From Gemmatimonadota bacterium (GTDB lineage: Bacteria; JBHIER01; G020348925): a stretch of 64,000 bases of DNA. The stretch's first letter is position 1; every line of letters starts with the position of its first letter. This document shows positions 20,218 to 30,250 of this stretch, piece after piece. The notes below the pieces were generated by a model. It ran no database searches. It was not told the origin of the DNA and was given only the letters and a program-made list of their open reading frames with translations. A program made the translations under genes and the position numbers. The stretch spans positions 1,506,469 to 1,570,468 of the forward strand of contig CP070758.1 in NCBI GenBank assembly GCA_020348925.1, read 5' to 3'.

Positions 20218-20748
20218 GTTTGAGATGAGTTTGCCGAATATGGTGTTTCAAAATTGGAGACAGATGTGACAGATGTTAATACACAGGAGGTTCTTATGAT
20301 GCTGACCAGCAACGTCTGTTTCCTACCGTCTGCGAAGAATTGGACATCATGACTATACAATTATGTTTCAGAAAAGGTGCAAAAATTTGCCCAATTTTCG
20401 AAGAAATGGAATTTCTTGATTCATCATCCGTGTTCTGAGATGTGGATGGGAGAGGGAAGAGAGATCGTGTATGGTGATGAGGCTGAAGATAAATCCCTTT
20501 GTTGACCTACGTAGGAGATGCCGTATTATATATAAATATTTGATAAATGTATATTAATCACAAATACTTAGAAAGAAAGAGAGGCTGGACACATATTCTC
20601 AGACAGGTGGGCGTGCACAATCCTCCCAGTACAATGTTGGGAGGGGGTATCGGAATCTCATGTCCCTTCCCGAAGAAAAGTTTTTTATTCTTCGATTCTT
20701 CAACCCCTGAGTGCTTGCACGCTTCAACCAAAACTGTATCAAGCGATC

Positions 20749-21411
20749 TCAATCCGAGAGGCACCATCGATACCCAAGAGAAATTGCAGGATCCCGGGTT
20801 TCGACGAGAAGGCCCGCAATTGTGAACCAGTCTGTTGGGATCCACGAAAGCCCGAGGTGGAAATTACGACCGTCATAGCTGACAAAGGAACTGAGCCGTT
20901 CTGTCACTGTTGCGGTGAGTCCGGCCAGACCGAAGCAACGTTCAAAGTCGGGAACCAGGCTGGTGAATCCTCCGGACAGACGGAAGGCATATCCCTCGTT
21001 GAATTCCCAAGATTTTGTGAGCTGTGCGAAGATCGATTGGTCGCTCCCACCTGTCTGAACACTTCCGGTACCCAAGATCAGTCCCGGTCGCCAGCCGTCT
21101 TCAATCTCTGAGATGGGATGAATTCGGGCGCCCCAGATGGGTTTCTCAGCCTCTATCGTATACCCAATCCCCACATCCAGCCAGGGGACCACTCCGTACC
21201 GTAAGTTTGAGACTCCTTTTTCCTCTTCTCCTGTTGGAAGATACATGACAGTGGCAAGAAGCGTCCTCGGAGTTAACAGAGCTCCTGTGTTATCCCCGGA
21301 ACCGGAACAGACCGGACAGGATGGACCACATTCCTGTGCCTCTGGACAGTTCAATAACCCAAAGAGTACAATGACGCATACTGCGAACACTTTTTTCATA
21401 ATCACCTTCAT
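20749..21411 (-). CDS. Exported hypothetical protein with N-terminal CxxxCxxC and beta-strand-rich body
   Basis: Signal peptide, ECGPSCPVCSG; last gene of the efflux operon. Confidence 0.7.
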   Translation of the reverse strand: MKVIMKKVFAVCVIVLFGLLNCPEAQECGPSCPVCSGSGDNTGALLTPRTLLATVMYLPTGEEEKGVSNLRYGVVPWLDVGIGYTIEAEKPIWGARIHPISEIEDGWRPGLILGTGSVQTGGSDQSIFAQLTKSWEFNEGYAFRLSGGFTSLVPDFERCFGLAGLTATVTERLSSFVSYDGRNFHLGLSWIPTDWFTIAGLLVETRDPAISLGYRWCLSD

Positions 21412-21423
21412 GTCGGTTTCCTG

Positions 21424-24400
21424 CTATTTAAAATTGTTGCTGTCGCTCTGTTTTTTTGCCCCCCATTTCTCAAACAAGACGGGCAGGACAATCATGTTCA
21501 AGACGGTGGAGGTGAGCAGTCCACCCAGAACCACGACAGCCAGAGGAGCCTGAATCTCGTTCCCCGGTCTGCTGCCGGCGAAAGCTAACGGTGTCAGGGC
21601 TAGACCCGTGGTCAGGGCCGTCATCAGAATTGGGCTGAGACGTTCCAGCGAACCATTGATGACGGCGTCTCGGACTTCCTGACCCTGGGAAATGAGCATG
21701 TTATAGTGCGATACCAGGATGATGCCGTTGCGAACCGATATGCCAAAAAGCGTGATGAATCCGACAATGGAGGCGATACTCATCTGTCCGCTGGTGACGG
21801 CCACGGCAATGATCCCTCCGATCAGGGCCAGGGGCAGATTGATTAAACTTAAGAGCACCTGACGGAAATTCTTGTATTGCAAAAAGAGGCTGATACAGAT
21901 AAGAATCAGTGAAAGAATACTCAGCAGACTGATGACCCGCCGTGCCTGGGCTTCGCTTTCGAACTGTCCACCGTACTCGATATAATATCCCTGGGCGAGA
22001 TCGATGTTCCGCTCAATGGTGCCCCGGATATCATCAACCACATCAGTGGCACCCCGGCCGGTCACATTGCACTGGACCACCAATTTTCGCATCACGTTCT
22101 CCCGGCTGATGTAATTCGGCCCGTGGTCGATGGTGATGTCCGCCACCATCTCAAGGGGGATGCGAGCCCCGACGGGTGTGTCGATGAGACTGTTGCGAAC
22201 ACCGCTCAGGTCATCCCGAAAGGGCACGTCGTAGCGGACGACCAGATCGTGCTGGTTCTGTCCTTCGTACACCTCGGAGACCACCTGGCCGAGAAAAGCC
22301 GTGTCGATCAGGTCGTCGATATCGGCCATGGTTACCCCATACGCGGCCATCTTCCGGCGATCGGCCCGGATGCGCACCTGGGGGATGTCCATCTGGAGAT
22401 CCATGGACAGGTCCGCCACACCTGGTATCGGTTCGATGAGTTGTTGGATCCGATTCCCTATGGTCCGCAACTCCTTCAAGTCCGTACCGAAGATTTTAAT
22501 GGCAATATTGGCCCGGGTTCCTGACAGCATATGGTCGATGCGGTGGCTGATGGGTTGACTGAGAGTAGCGACGGTTCCCGGCAGAAGATTCAATTTTCTC
22601 CGAACCTTCCCTAACAGGTCGTCCCGTGAAATGCCGTCATTGTCGATGACGATCTCCATCTCCGCCGCATGGGAACCGAGGGAGTGTTCGTCCAGTTCCG
22701 TGCGACCGGTGCGGCGGCTAACCGAGAGGATTTCGTCTATTTCGAGCAAAACCCCTTCGGCCATGTGTCCGATTCGATCCGATTCTTCGAGGGCGGTTCC
22801 GGGTATGGTTGCGATACTGATATTCAGCGCCCCCTCATTGAACTCGGGTAGAAACGACCGGCCCAGAAAGGGAAAGGTCCCGATGGCAGCAACGAGTATC
22901 ATCACCGCTGCCAGAATGATGAAGCGCTTATGACGAATGGCGAATTCCAGAACCGGACGGTACACGGACTGAAGCTGTCGAACAATCCAGGGTTCCCTGT
23001 TTTTTTTATGTCTCACGTTTCGAAGCAGGAGGGAGCACATGGCCGGAGTAACCGTCATGGCCACCACGAGGGAGGCAAAGATGGCTGATACGTAAGCCAA
23101 TCCCAGGGGTTGAAGCAATCTTCCTTCAATACCACTGAGGAAAAAGAGGGGCAGGAAGACGACAATAACGATGAAGGTGGCGATGGTTATGGGTGCCCGT
23201 ATTTCGGACGACGCGCTGAAGACGACCTCGAGAAACGGCTGCTGAGCCTCTGCCGGCTGTTGACGATTCTGCCGCAGGCGACGAAATACGTTTTCAACGT
23301 CAATAATGGCATCATCAACCAAGGCTCCAATGGCGATGGCTATACCCCCCAGGGTCATCGTATTAATAGTGAGATCGAAAAACCGCAGGATGAGAATTGA
23401 GAAAAGAAGGGACAGGGGGATGGCGACAATGGCAATGATGGTTGAGCGAATATTGCTCAGGAAGAGCAGGAGAATAAGGACGACCAGGAGGGCGCCATCG
23501 CGCAGGGCATGAACGACGTTACTCACGGCCCGGTCAATGAAATCGGCCTGCCGGAACAGGTCTCTGTGAAGCGTTACGCCGTCCGGCAATGTGACTGTGA
23601 TGTTGTCAATCACCTCGTTTAAATGTTCGGTCAGTTCCAGGGTGTTGACGTCGGGTTGCTTGGCCAACGTAATGAGAACGCCCTGCTGGGTGTTGATGGA
23701 GGCCTCTCCGATTTTTGTCGCCGGCCCGATCTGGACGCGGGCAATATCGCGAAGGAGAATGGGAACGTTGTCTCTGACCGTCACAACGGTCTGTTCCAAT
23801 TCCTGCAGTTCCTGAATCCGTCCCAGACCGCGGATGAGGTATTCCTGTCCTGAATGCACGTAGAATCCTCCGGCAGCATTGAGATTGGCCCCCTGGGCCG
23901 CCCCGATCACTTCATGCAAGCTCAGATCATATTTTCGCAGCAGGTCGGGATTGATGAACACCTGGTACTGTTTCACTTCTCCGCCGTAGACCTTGACCTG
24001 GGCCACTCCCGGCACGGCCAACAGACGGCGGCGGATATCAAAGTCCGCCAAGGTGCGCAGGTCCATGAGTGATGTTGTCTCACTGGTCAAGCCGATGGTC
24101 AAAATCTCTCCCACGAGTGAGGTGATGGGGGCCAGGGTGGGCTGGTCCACACCTTCTGGCAGCACGGCCTGGACCATCTGCAGCTTTTCATTGACGATTT
24201 GACGGGCTTTATATATATCCGTGCCCCAGTCGAATTCCACCCAGACCGCGGAAAAACCCTGGACCGATGTGGATCGCACCCGGCGTACCCCGCTGGCGCC
24301 ATTGACGGCCGTCTCAAGCGGAAAGGTCACCAGCCGCTCCACCTCCTCGGGGGCCATCCCGTGGGCTTCGGTTAAAACGGTGACAGTCGGCGCGGTCAGG

Positions 24401-24522
24401 TCGGGAAAGACGTCCAGAGGGGCGCGGATCGCGACAAATGCTCCGTAGGCAAACAGGATGAGGGCCGCAAGTACGACGATCCAGCGATTACGGATACTGG
24501 TGCGAATGAGTTTATCTAACAT
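21424..24522 (-). CDS. Heavy-metal RND efflux permease (CusA/CzcA family)
   Basis: PLDVFPDL, GALVDDAIIDVEN, RLSPILMTALTT; 1032 aa. Confidence 0.95.
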   Translation of the reverse strand: MLDKLIRTSIRNRWIVVLAALILFAYGAFVAIRAPLDVFPDLTAPTVTVLTEAHGMAPEEVERLVTFPLETAVNGASGVRRVRSTSVQGFSAVWVEFDWGTDIYKARQIVNEKLQMVQAVLPEGVDQPTLAPITSLVGEILTIGLTSETTSLMDLRTLADFDIRRRLLAVPGVAQVKVYGGEVKQYQVFINPDLLRKYDLSLHEVIGAAQGANLNAAGGFYVHSGQEYLIRGLGRIQELQELEQTVVTVRDNVPILLRDIARVQIGPATKIGEASINTQQGVLITLAKQPDVNTLELTEHLNEVIDNITVTLPDGVTLHRDLFRQADFIDRAVSNVVHALRDGALLVVLILLLFLSNIRSTIIAIVAIPLSLLFSILILRFFDLTINTMTLGGIAIAIGALVDDAIIDVENVFRRLRQNRQQPAEAQQPFLEVVFSASSEIRAPITIATFIVIVVFLPLFFLSGIEGRLLQPLGLAYVSAIFASLVVAMTVTPAMCSLLLRNVRHKKNREPWIVRQLQSVYRPVLEFAIRHKRFIILAAVMILVAAIGTFPFLGRSFLPEFNEGALNISIATIPGTALEESDRIGHMAEGVLLEIDEILSVSRRTGRTELDEHSLGSHAAEMEIVIDNDGISRDDLLGKVRRKLNLLPGTVATLSQPISHRIDHMLSGTRANIAIKIFGTDLKELRTIGNRIQQLIEPIPGVADLSMDLQMDIPQVRIRADRRKMAAYGVTMADIDDLIDTAFLGQVVSEVYEGQNQHDLVVRYDVPFRDDLSGVRNSLIDTPVGARIPLEMVADITIDHGPNYISRENVMRKLVVQCNVTGRGATDVVDDIRGTIERNIDLAQGYYIEYGGQFESEAQARRVISLLSILSLILICISLFLQYKNFRQVLLSLINLPLALIGGIIAVAVTSGQMSIASIVGFITLFGISVRNGIILVSHYNMLISQGQEVRDAVINGSLERLSPILMTALTTGLALTPLAFAGSRPGNEIQAPLAVVVLGGLLTSTVLNMIVLPVLFEKWGAKKQSDSNNFK

Positions 24523-24534
24523 GATCTCCCCCGA

Positions 24535-26097
24535 TTAATGAATGTGTCCGTGTCCAATACTGCCCGTGTTCATTGAGGCCAGCTTCAGCAGGTAGGCACC
24601 TGTACTGACGACCCGTTCGCCGGCTTCAAGACCCTCACTGATGGCCGCCATGCCTTTGAAGACACCGCGAACCCCGACCTGGCGCTTTTCAAAGGATTCA
24701 CCTTCGACCTGAACAAAGACGGACTGTTGACCGATCTCATCCAGAATGGCGGTTTGAGGCACCACAACGGCGGCATGACTGACGGATGTATAGATGTTGA
24801 CCTGTAGGATCTGTCCGATTTTCAGGGTGTTACCCTCGTTGCAGATCTCAAACAGAACCGGAATGGTCCGGCTGTGGGGATCCATCAATTCACCCCTGTT
24901 GATCAACGTGACGTGCTCTTGTTCAAGACACAGGGTGTTCCGCTGACCGGGAATGTGCACCTCCAGGCCGCTGCTTTCCTCGATGCCGTAATAGTCTTTC
25001 TCATAGACGTCGGCCCGGACCCAAACCACGGAGGGATCGATGATGGTGAGCAGTTTTTCACCTGAGGCGACGATCTTTCCGGGCATGATGTTCATTCCTG
25101 AAACAAAGCCCCGAATGGGTGCCCGCAGCACCATGTGGATCTGGGCGCTGTTATCATCCACGAACGGTTCTGCGCCATAGGCCCCCAGGACGGATTCAAT
25201 AGCTGCCTTTTCGACGAAGTAGGTCTGTCGATAGCCCTCAAACTCCCTTTGGGAGATAGCCTCGCGTTCCATCAGTGCCTGAGCCCTACGAAAGTCCTTT
25301 TCCGCCCGCTGGAAACTGAGCTGTCGTTCCGTCCAAGAGTTGGAACTGCCCATGGAGGGGCTGAGCGTAATCAGTATGTCTCCCTGTTGTACCCGGCTGC
25401 CAGGAACTACCATTTTCCGATTCAACTTCGGATCGACGAAGGCATCGACCGGAGAGACAATCTCCGAAAAACGCTGCTGCTGGGGAATAACTTCAGCCAC
25501 AGCCGGGACAGATGTTCTGATCTCCTCGACTCGGCTGAGCACAGTGGCGAAATCCGTCTTCCATTGCTGCTCTTTCAGGAATTGAACCTCTTCGTGATGT
25601 TCTTCATTTTCATGATGGTCGTGTTCGTCCGCATCCTCCCCGGTGTGGCCGTTTTCATCCTCGAACGCATGATCCTCATCTTGCATATGAATTTCACCAA
25701 CCTTAAAGGTTTCCCGTATTTTCTCCGTTTGAACATTCAGGTCCAAGTGATAGTGGTCGTGGTGAGGTAATGTCACATCCAGGAGGTAAATGCCGTCCCT
25801 GGCCGGTTTCTCTTCGGCAAAGCGGAGAGACTCTTCATCTGGGGATGTGAATTCCAGTTCGACCCGTCCCTCAAGAACCGGCTTGAAGTCTGCCAGTTTC
25901 GTTAGGTGGATGATGAAGTGTGACGGTTCGCCGGGAGTGATTTCTTCATATTCCATGAACAGTTCAAGTTGGTCCGTCCACATGGTGACGGCAACCATCT
26001 CCTGATCATGGGCGTGTTGATCTTCCGTGTTGGATTGTGGCTTGGTGGCACAGGTCAGCACACACAGACTGAAAAAGAGTAGGAGTGCTCGTTTCAT
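24535..26097 (-). CDS. RND periplasmic adaptor (CzcB/CusB family) with His/acidic-rich insert
   Basis: Lipoprotein-like N-terminus, HDHHENEEHHEE, LRAPIRG, VSTGAYLLK, C-terminal HGHIH. Confidence 0.92.
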   Translation of the reverse strand: MKRALLLFFSLCVLTCATKPQSNTEDQHAHDQEMVAVTMWTDQLELFMEYEEITPGEPSHFIIHLTKLADFKPVLEGRVELEFTSPDEESLRFAEEKPARDGIYLLDVTLPHHDHYHLDLNVQTEKIRETFKVGEIHMQDEDHAFEDENGHTGEDADEHDHHENEEHHEEVQFLKEQQWKTDFATVLSRVEEIRTSVPAVAEVIPQQQRFSEIVSPVDAFVDPKLNRKMVVPGSRVQQGDILITLSPSMGSSNSWTERQLSFQRAEKDFRRAQALMEREAISQREFEGYRQTYFVEKAAIESVLGAYGAEPFVDDNSAQIHMVLRAPIRGFVSGMNIMPGKIVASGEKLLTIIDPSVVWVRADVYEKDYYGIEESSGLEVHIPGQRNTLCLEQEHVTLINRGELMDPHSRTIPVLFEICNEGNTLKIGQILQVNIYTSVSHAAVVVPQTAILDEIGQQSVFVQVEGESFEKRQVGVRGVFKGMAAISEGLEAGERVVSTGAYLLKLASMNTGSIGHGHIH

Positions 26098-26111
26098 TTT
26101 AGTCTCCTTCG

Positions 26112-27341
26112 TTAGAGTGATATGAGAGTTTCTCCGATCAAAGCTTCAAGAGCAAATACGATCCGATAATATCCGGCTAAATATTCATAATAGTTTTCTA
26201 TGGTCTCCTGATATACCATGATTCCGTTCACGAGATCGCCGATGTCGAGGAATCCCTCACGAAAAGCAAAGACAGTATTTTCCATGGTGTCGTCAAGTCC
26301 CTCGAATGTCCCTCCATTGGTCTGGAAGAATGATGCGTACTCGGCGATGGATTGCCGGTGCCGGTTTATTGTACGGTTCAGTTGCTGCCGGTACACCTCG
26401 AAATCGATAACGGCCGCTTCATAATCTATCCGACCCTGTTCGATCTTGGGGCGATTCCGGTCGAAGATCGGCAGCGGTAGGGAGAGGCCGATGACATAGC
26501 CTTTGAAATCTTCACCGACCTCTTTGTAGCCGCCGGCTACATGCATTTCCGGGAGAATGCTCATTTTCTCCAGGGCGATCTTTTTTTTCAAAGATTGTTG
26601 TCTGTGGACGTGGGCCTGATATTCGGGATTCTGTTCGAGATTCTTTAATGCCGATTCGATCCCTGCTGGATTGTGAGGAATAAAATCTATGGGAGTTGTC
26701 AGGATCATATTCTGTTTCTCACTCAGTCCGAGATCGGTTTTGAAGTGATCGGTAAACTGGCGGTGCTGTTGGTTGAGGGAGTTCAAGCTGCCGCGGATGT
26801 TCATCAGCGATAGGTGTAGGAGCTGCTGATGGAGATCGGAAATCAAACCCTCCTGGTACTGATCGGCTGCATAGTCGGACATGTCGTCGACCAATGTTGC
26901 CAATCGACCCAACCGCTCACGTTTCATGTTTGTGAGTTGAAGTTCGACGTAGCTTGACTTCAGTTCCGCCATGAGGAAGAGGAGCTCGGCATCACGCTTC
27001 GCACCAGTTGCAGAGAGGTGTTCTTTCTGTGTCGCTTTGTGCTGAGCATGAACCCAGGGCATCGTAACATCCTTGCCCAGCATGAAAGCCGTTTCCTGCT
27101 CATCATCAAGGTCGTTGCTGAGCCGCTCCGCTTCGAATTCAAATTCTGGATTGCGCCATTGGAGTGCTGCCTTGCTTTCGGCGACTTCCCTGTCGAATGT
27201 GTTTTGGATCAACTTGGCGCGCGGTGCATGCTGCAGGGCATATTCCTGAACCTCGCCCAGGGCAAGTCGGACTGTAGTTTCTTGTGCGTGGACAGAACAG
27301 GCAAGGAAAGAGAACATCGTAATTATTTTAAGCACATTCAT
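26112..27341 (-). CDS. TolC/CzcC-family outer-membrane efflux protein
   Basis: NPEFEFE, GLSLPLPIFDRN; AGGAG RBS before ATG 27341. Confidence 0.9.
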   Translation of the reverse strand: MNVLKIITMFSFLACSVHAQETTVRLALGEVQEYALQHAPRAKLIQNTFDREVAESKAALQWRNPEFEFEAERLSNDLDDEQETAFMLGKDVTMPWVHAQHKATQKEHLSATGAKRDAELLFLMAELKSSYVELQLTNMKRERLGRLATLVDDMSDYAADQYQEGLISDLHQQLLHLSLMNIRGSLNSLNQQHRQFTDHFKTDLGLSEKQNMILTTPIDFIPHNPAGIESALKNLEQNPEYQAHVHRQQSLKKKIALEKMSILPEMHVAGGYKEVGEDFKGYVIGLSLPLPIFDRNRPKIEQGRIDYEAAVIDFEVYRQQLNRTINRHRQSIAEYASFFQTNGGTFEGLDDTMENTVFAFREGFLDIGDLVNGIMVYQETIENYYEYLAGYYRIVFALEALIGETLISL

Positions 27342-27479
27342 AAAAAATCTCCTGTGTCCGTGTGGAACTTCTTTATTCGAGTACGCTGTTATTGTGTACC
27401 GAAACGTATACAGGTACACTCATACTGTTTTCTGGTCACACACCAGATAGTGGTTTGAAAGAATGTTTATGGAAGATGT

Positions 27480-27911
27480 TTAGAAATGAACAGGAGGGCC
27501 CCTTGTGGTGCGATCCGAATGCCACTCAGGAGGAGGGGGGATGTTGTGTGATTCAAAAGGGTAATATCGTAAAGGTATATATTCGGTTTCACCGTCTGCT
27601 GTCGGTAAAATGTGAAAGAGGTAGAGTTGCCTCTCATGAGTTGGGAACCAATCGCGCAGGTTCTTCGGGCTGGGTTGGTAGAATTCGGTGTCATTGGTTT
27701 GGGTGTGCGGTTGATGGTGACACTCGTGATGATCAGAGTGATCTTCAGCGGGGAGAGGACACGGTGTTGGTGGATGAAAAATGAATGAAATTTCTTTCCC
27801 CGTGTCTGTTTCGTGAGCGTGAATATGGACATGGGGGTATACGACGGCGAAGAGTATGTAGAAAACCGCTGCCCAAAGTGCAGATATTTTTGAAAGCGAA
27901 TACTTTTTCAC
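27480..27911 (-). CDS. His-rich small exported protein ending in RGPP (DUF2946/CruR-like leader candidate)
   Basis: GTG start with AGGA RBS; hydrophobic N-terminus, HVHIHAH, HSDHHECHH, C-terminal TTRGPPVHF*. Confidence 0.7.
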   Translation of the reverse strand: MKKYSLSKISALWAAVFYILFAVVYPHVHIHAHETDTGKEISFIFHPPTPCPLPAEDHSDHHECHHQPHTQTNDTEFYQPSPKNLRDWFPTHERQLYLFHILPTADGETEYIPLRYYPFESHNIPPPPEWHSDRTTRGPPVHF

Positions 27912-28390
27912 ATCAATCCTATATATTGGTACATACATTTTTCTCAAAGATAAGGGAAAGGTCGTCCAAAAGCAACATCAAATCTCACCCCAAAGCTTTG
28001 TTACCTTGTTGTGTTGAACGCTCTTGGGCGAATTAAGTTTCCTGTGAATGGATAAAAAGGGGACAAGTTGCTTTTTTGCCTGGATTTTTGCCACGGAGGC
28101 ACAGAGATCCCGTTGAATATGTAATTATCCCACGGGGAGACACGGAGAATAATACAATTTACGTCATTCGGTTACGGTGACGAAACCCACATTGTTTGGC
28201 AACTACTTATTTTGTTTCATTTTGTGTAGTTTCCCGATCGCCCGGTATATGTATGCCAGGCGAATAGTATCGATCGTTCAGGAGATGTCTCCTGGACGAA
28301 AAATAACCGGGGATTAAATCCCTCTCCGTCGATCAGGGATGCAGCGCCCTGACAATCGTAAGGTACAAAGAGAAATACTGCTTTAATAAC

Positions 28391-28570
28391 AGAATCCCCT
28401 CTAACTCCCCTTTGAAAAAGGGGAGGACCTTTGGGAAAGAATCCCCACTGACCTTTTTTAAGAAAAGAGATGACTTTGCGTATAGAATCACCTCTGACTC
28501 TATGAAACACAAGGAGTGGACTTTTGGAATGAACCCCTCTGACAGCGCTGCGTAAAAAGGGAGGACTTAT
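28391..28570. repeat. Degenerate REP-like tandem array, four units of about 46 bp
   Basis: Units begin agaatcccctctaac / agaatccccactgac / agaatcacctctgac / atgaacccctctgac and end in (g/t)gac(c/t)t; the first unit holds the hairpin ctcccctttgaaaaaggggag. Confidence 0.65.
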
Positions 28571-28817
28571 GAATATTATTAAAAACCTGTATAAATATTC
28601 ATATTTCAGGAACTCTCTCCTGGGACGATGGCTTATGAATACGAGGCAGGTATCTACTTGGGAATAAGGACTTAGCGGAGACTTGGCATTTTTGCTCAAA
28701 GGCTTTGGAAGTGAAGCTTCAAGGAATTTTTTTCTTGGATTTAGTCCTTAGAATGTATTATATTTACGCTCTTTCTTTTGGGTTCTTGACAATGTTTTTG
28801 GACCTTTGGAGGAGAAA

Positions 28818-29225
28818 ATGAGAGCTGTTATTTCCACAAGACAGGTCAGAAGTGAGTTCGTTGCGCGGGTGCAGGACCTCAGCGGCCAGGATCTGCTGGG
28901 CTGCTACCAGTGCGGGAAGTGTTCTGCCGGCTGCCCCATGACGGAGGAGATGGATATCATTCCCAGCCAGGTCATCCGTCTCTCTCAACTGGGGCAGGAG
29001 GAGGACGTGCTCAACTGCAAGACCATCTGGCTGTGCGCCACCTGCTACCAGTGCGGAACCCGGTGTCCGAAGGGAATTGACTTTTCGAAAATCGCCGAGG
29101 CTCTACGGTATCTGGGCATGGGGAAGGAGAAGGAAGTATGCGGACCAAACCACATTCCCACTGAAATCATCGCCGAAGCACCGCAACAGGCTTTGGTCAG
29201 TACTTTTCGGAAACAAGGATTATGA
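28818..29225 (+). CDS. hdrC: Heterodisulfide reductase subunit C
   Basis: CYQCGKCSAGCP and IWLCATCYQCGTRCPKGID. Confidence 0.92.
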   Translation: MRAVISTRQVRSEFVARVQDLSGQDLLGCYQCGKCSAGCPMTEEMDIIPSQVIRLSQLGQEEDVLNCKTIWLCATCYQCGTRCPKGIDFSKIAEALRYLGMGKEKEVCGPNHIPTEIIAEAPQQALVSTFRKQGL

Positions 29226-29228
29226 TAC

Positions 29229-29285
29229 AAATTCCAAATCCGAAATCAAAAATCCAAAATTCAAAATCCTCAACGCAAAATCAAA
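29229..29285. repeat. Heptamer tandem repeat (AAATCC/AAATTC-type)
   Basis: aaattccaaatccgaaatcaaaaatccaaaattcaaaatcc. Confidence 0.7.
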
Positions 29286-29319
29286 GTAAAGCTTTATTAA
29301 TAATAAGGCGGAGATACGA

Positions 29320-30243
29320 ATGAAGGTTTCTTACTATCCCGGTTGTACATTGAAAGATAAAACGACAAATCTCGACGATTCGACCAAGGCGGCGGCTGAA
29401 GCGCTGGACATCGACATGGTGGAACTGCCCGAATGGACGTGTTGCGGGGCGACGCATCCTTTGACCGAGGAGAAGATCATCAACCTCGTGCCGCAGATCC
29501 GGATTTTGAGCAACGTCCGCACGGAGGGCAACGATTCCGTCACGACAACGTGCGCCTTCTGCTATAACACACTGAAGCGGGCGAACAAAGCCGTCATCGA
29601 TGATCCCATCAAGCGCCAGCGGATGAACGCCTTCCTCAAAGACGATAAACGAATCCCGGAATATGACAAGGAGACGGTCTACGATTTCAAGGAATACAAC
29701 GGCGAGACCAAGGTGGTCCATTTCCTCGAAATATTGAGGGACACTATCGGTTTTGAGACGTTGTCGAACAGAGTGACCAAGAAGCTGGAGGGATTGAAGG
29801 TCGCCCCGTATTACGGGTGCCAGCTTCTTCGCCCCCCTGAGGAGGTGGACCTGGACGATCCGGAGAATCCGAGCATTCTGGAGGATTTTCTGAGGAGCTT
29901 GGGTTGCGAGGTGGTGAACTTTCCCTTCAAGAGCGAGTGTTGCGGATCGTATCTGTCGCTCTCGGCTCCGGATGCTGCCACAAGGGCCTCGCATACTATT
30001 TTGAGATCGGCTTTGAAGAACGGCGCCGAGGCGGTGACCCTGAGCTGTCCACTGTGCTATTATAATATGGACAAGCGCCAGGACAATATTCTCAAGCTGT
30101 ATGCGGATTTCAGCACAGTTCCGGTTTTCTTTTTCACGCAGCTTCTGGCCCTGGCTCTGGGAGTTGACGAGTCGGTTATGGGCTGGAACAAACATCACAT
30201 CGATCCCACTCCGCTGTTGAAGGAGAAAGGATTTCTCTCTTAG
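29320..30243 (+). CDS. hdrB: Heterodisulfide reductase subunit B
   Basis: YYPGC, WTCCG, CAFC, YYGCQLLRP, ECCG, CPLC (two CCG domains). Confidence 0.95.
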   Translation: MKVSYYPGCTLKDKTTNLDDSTKAAAEALDIDMVELPEWTCCGATHPLTEEKIINLVPQIRILSNVRTEGNDSVTTTCAFCYNTLKRANKAVIDDPIKRQRMNAFLKDDKRIPEYDKETVYDFKEYNGETKVVHFLEILRDTIGFETLSNRVTKKLEGLKVAPYYGCQLLRPPEEVDLDDPENPSILEDFLRSLGCEVVNFPFKSECCGSYLSLSAPDAATRASHTILRSALKNGAEAVTLSCPLCYYNMDKRQDNILKLYADFSTVPVFFFTQLLALALGVDESVMGWNKHHIDPTPLLKEKGFLS

Positions 30244-30250
30244 AGGTACT

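Noticed and set aside
20296-20505. Plus-strand short ORF after AGGAGG with an internal TGA (MMLTSNVC...WTS*LYNY...)
   Set aside because: No recognisable motif or SECIS; probably chance or decayed sequence.
28391-28570. Possible CRISPR array
   Set aside because: The units are degenerate, with no identical repeats, unique spacers or cas genes.
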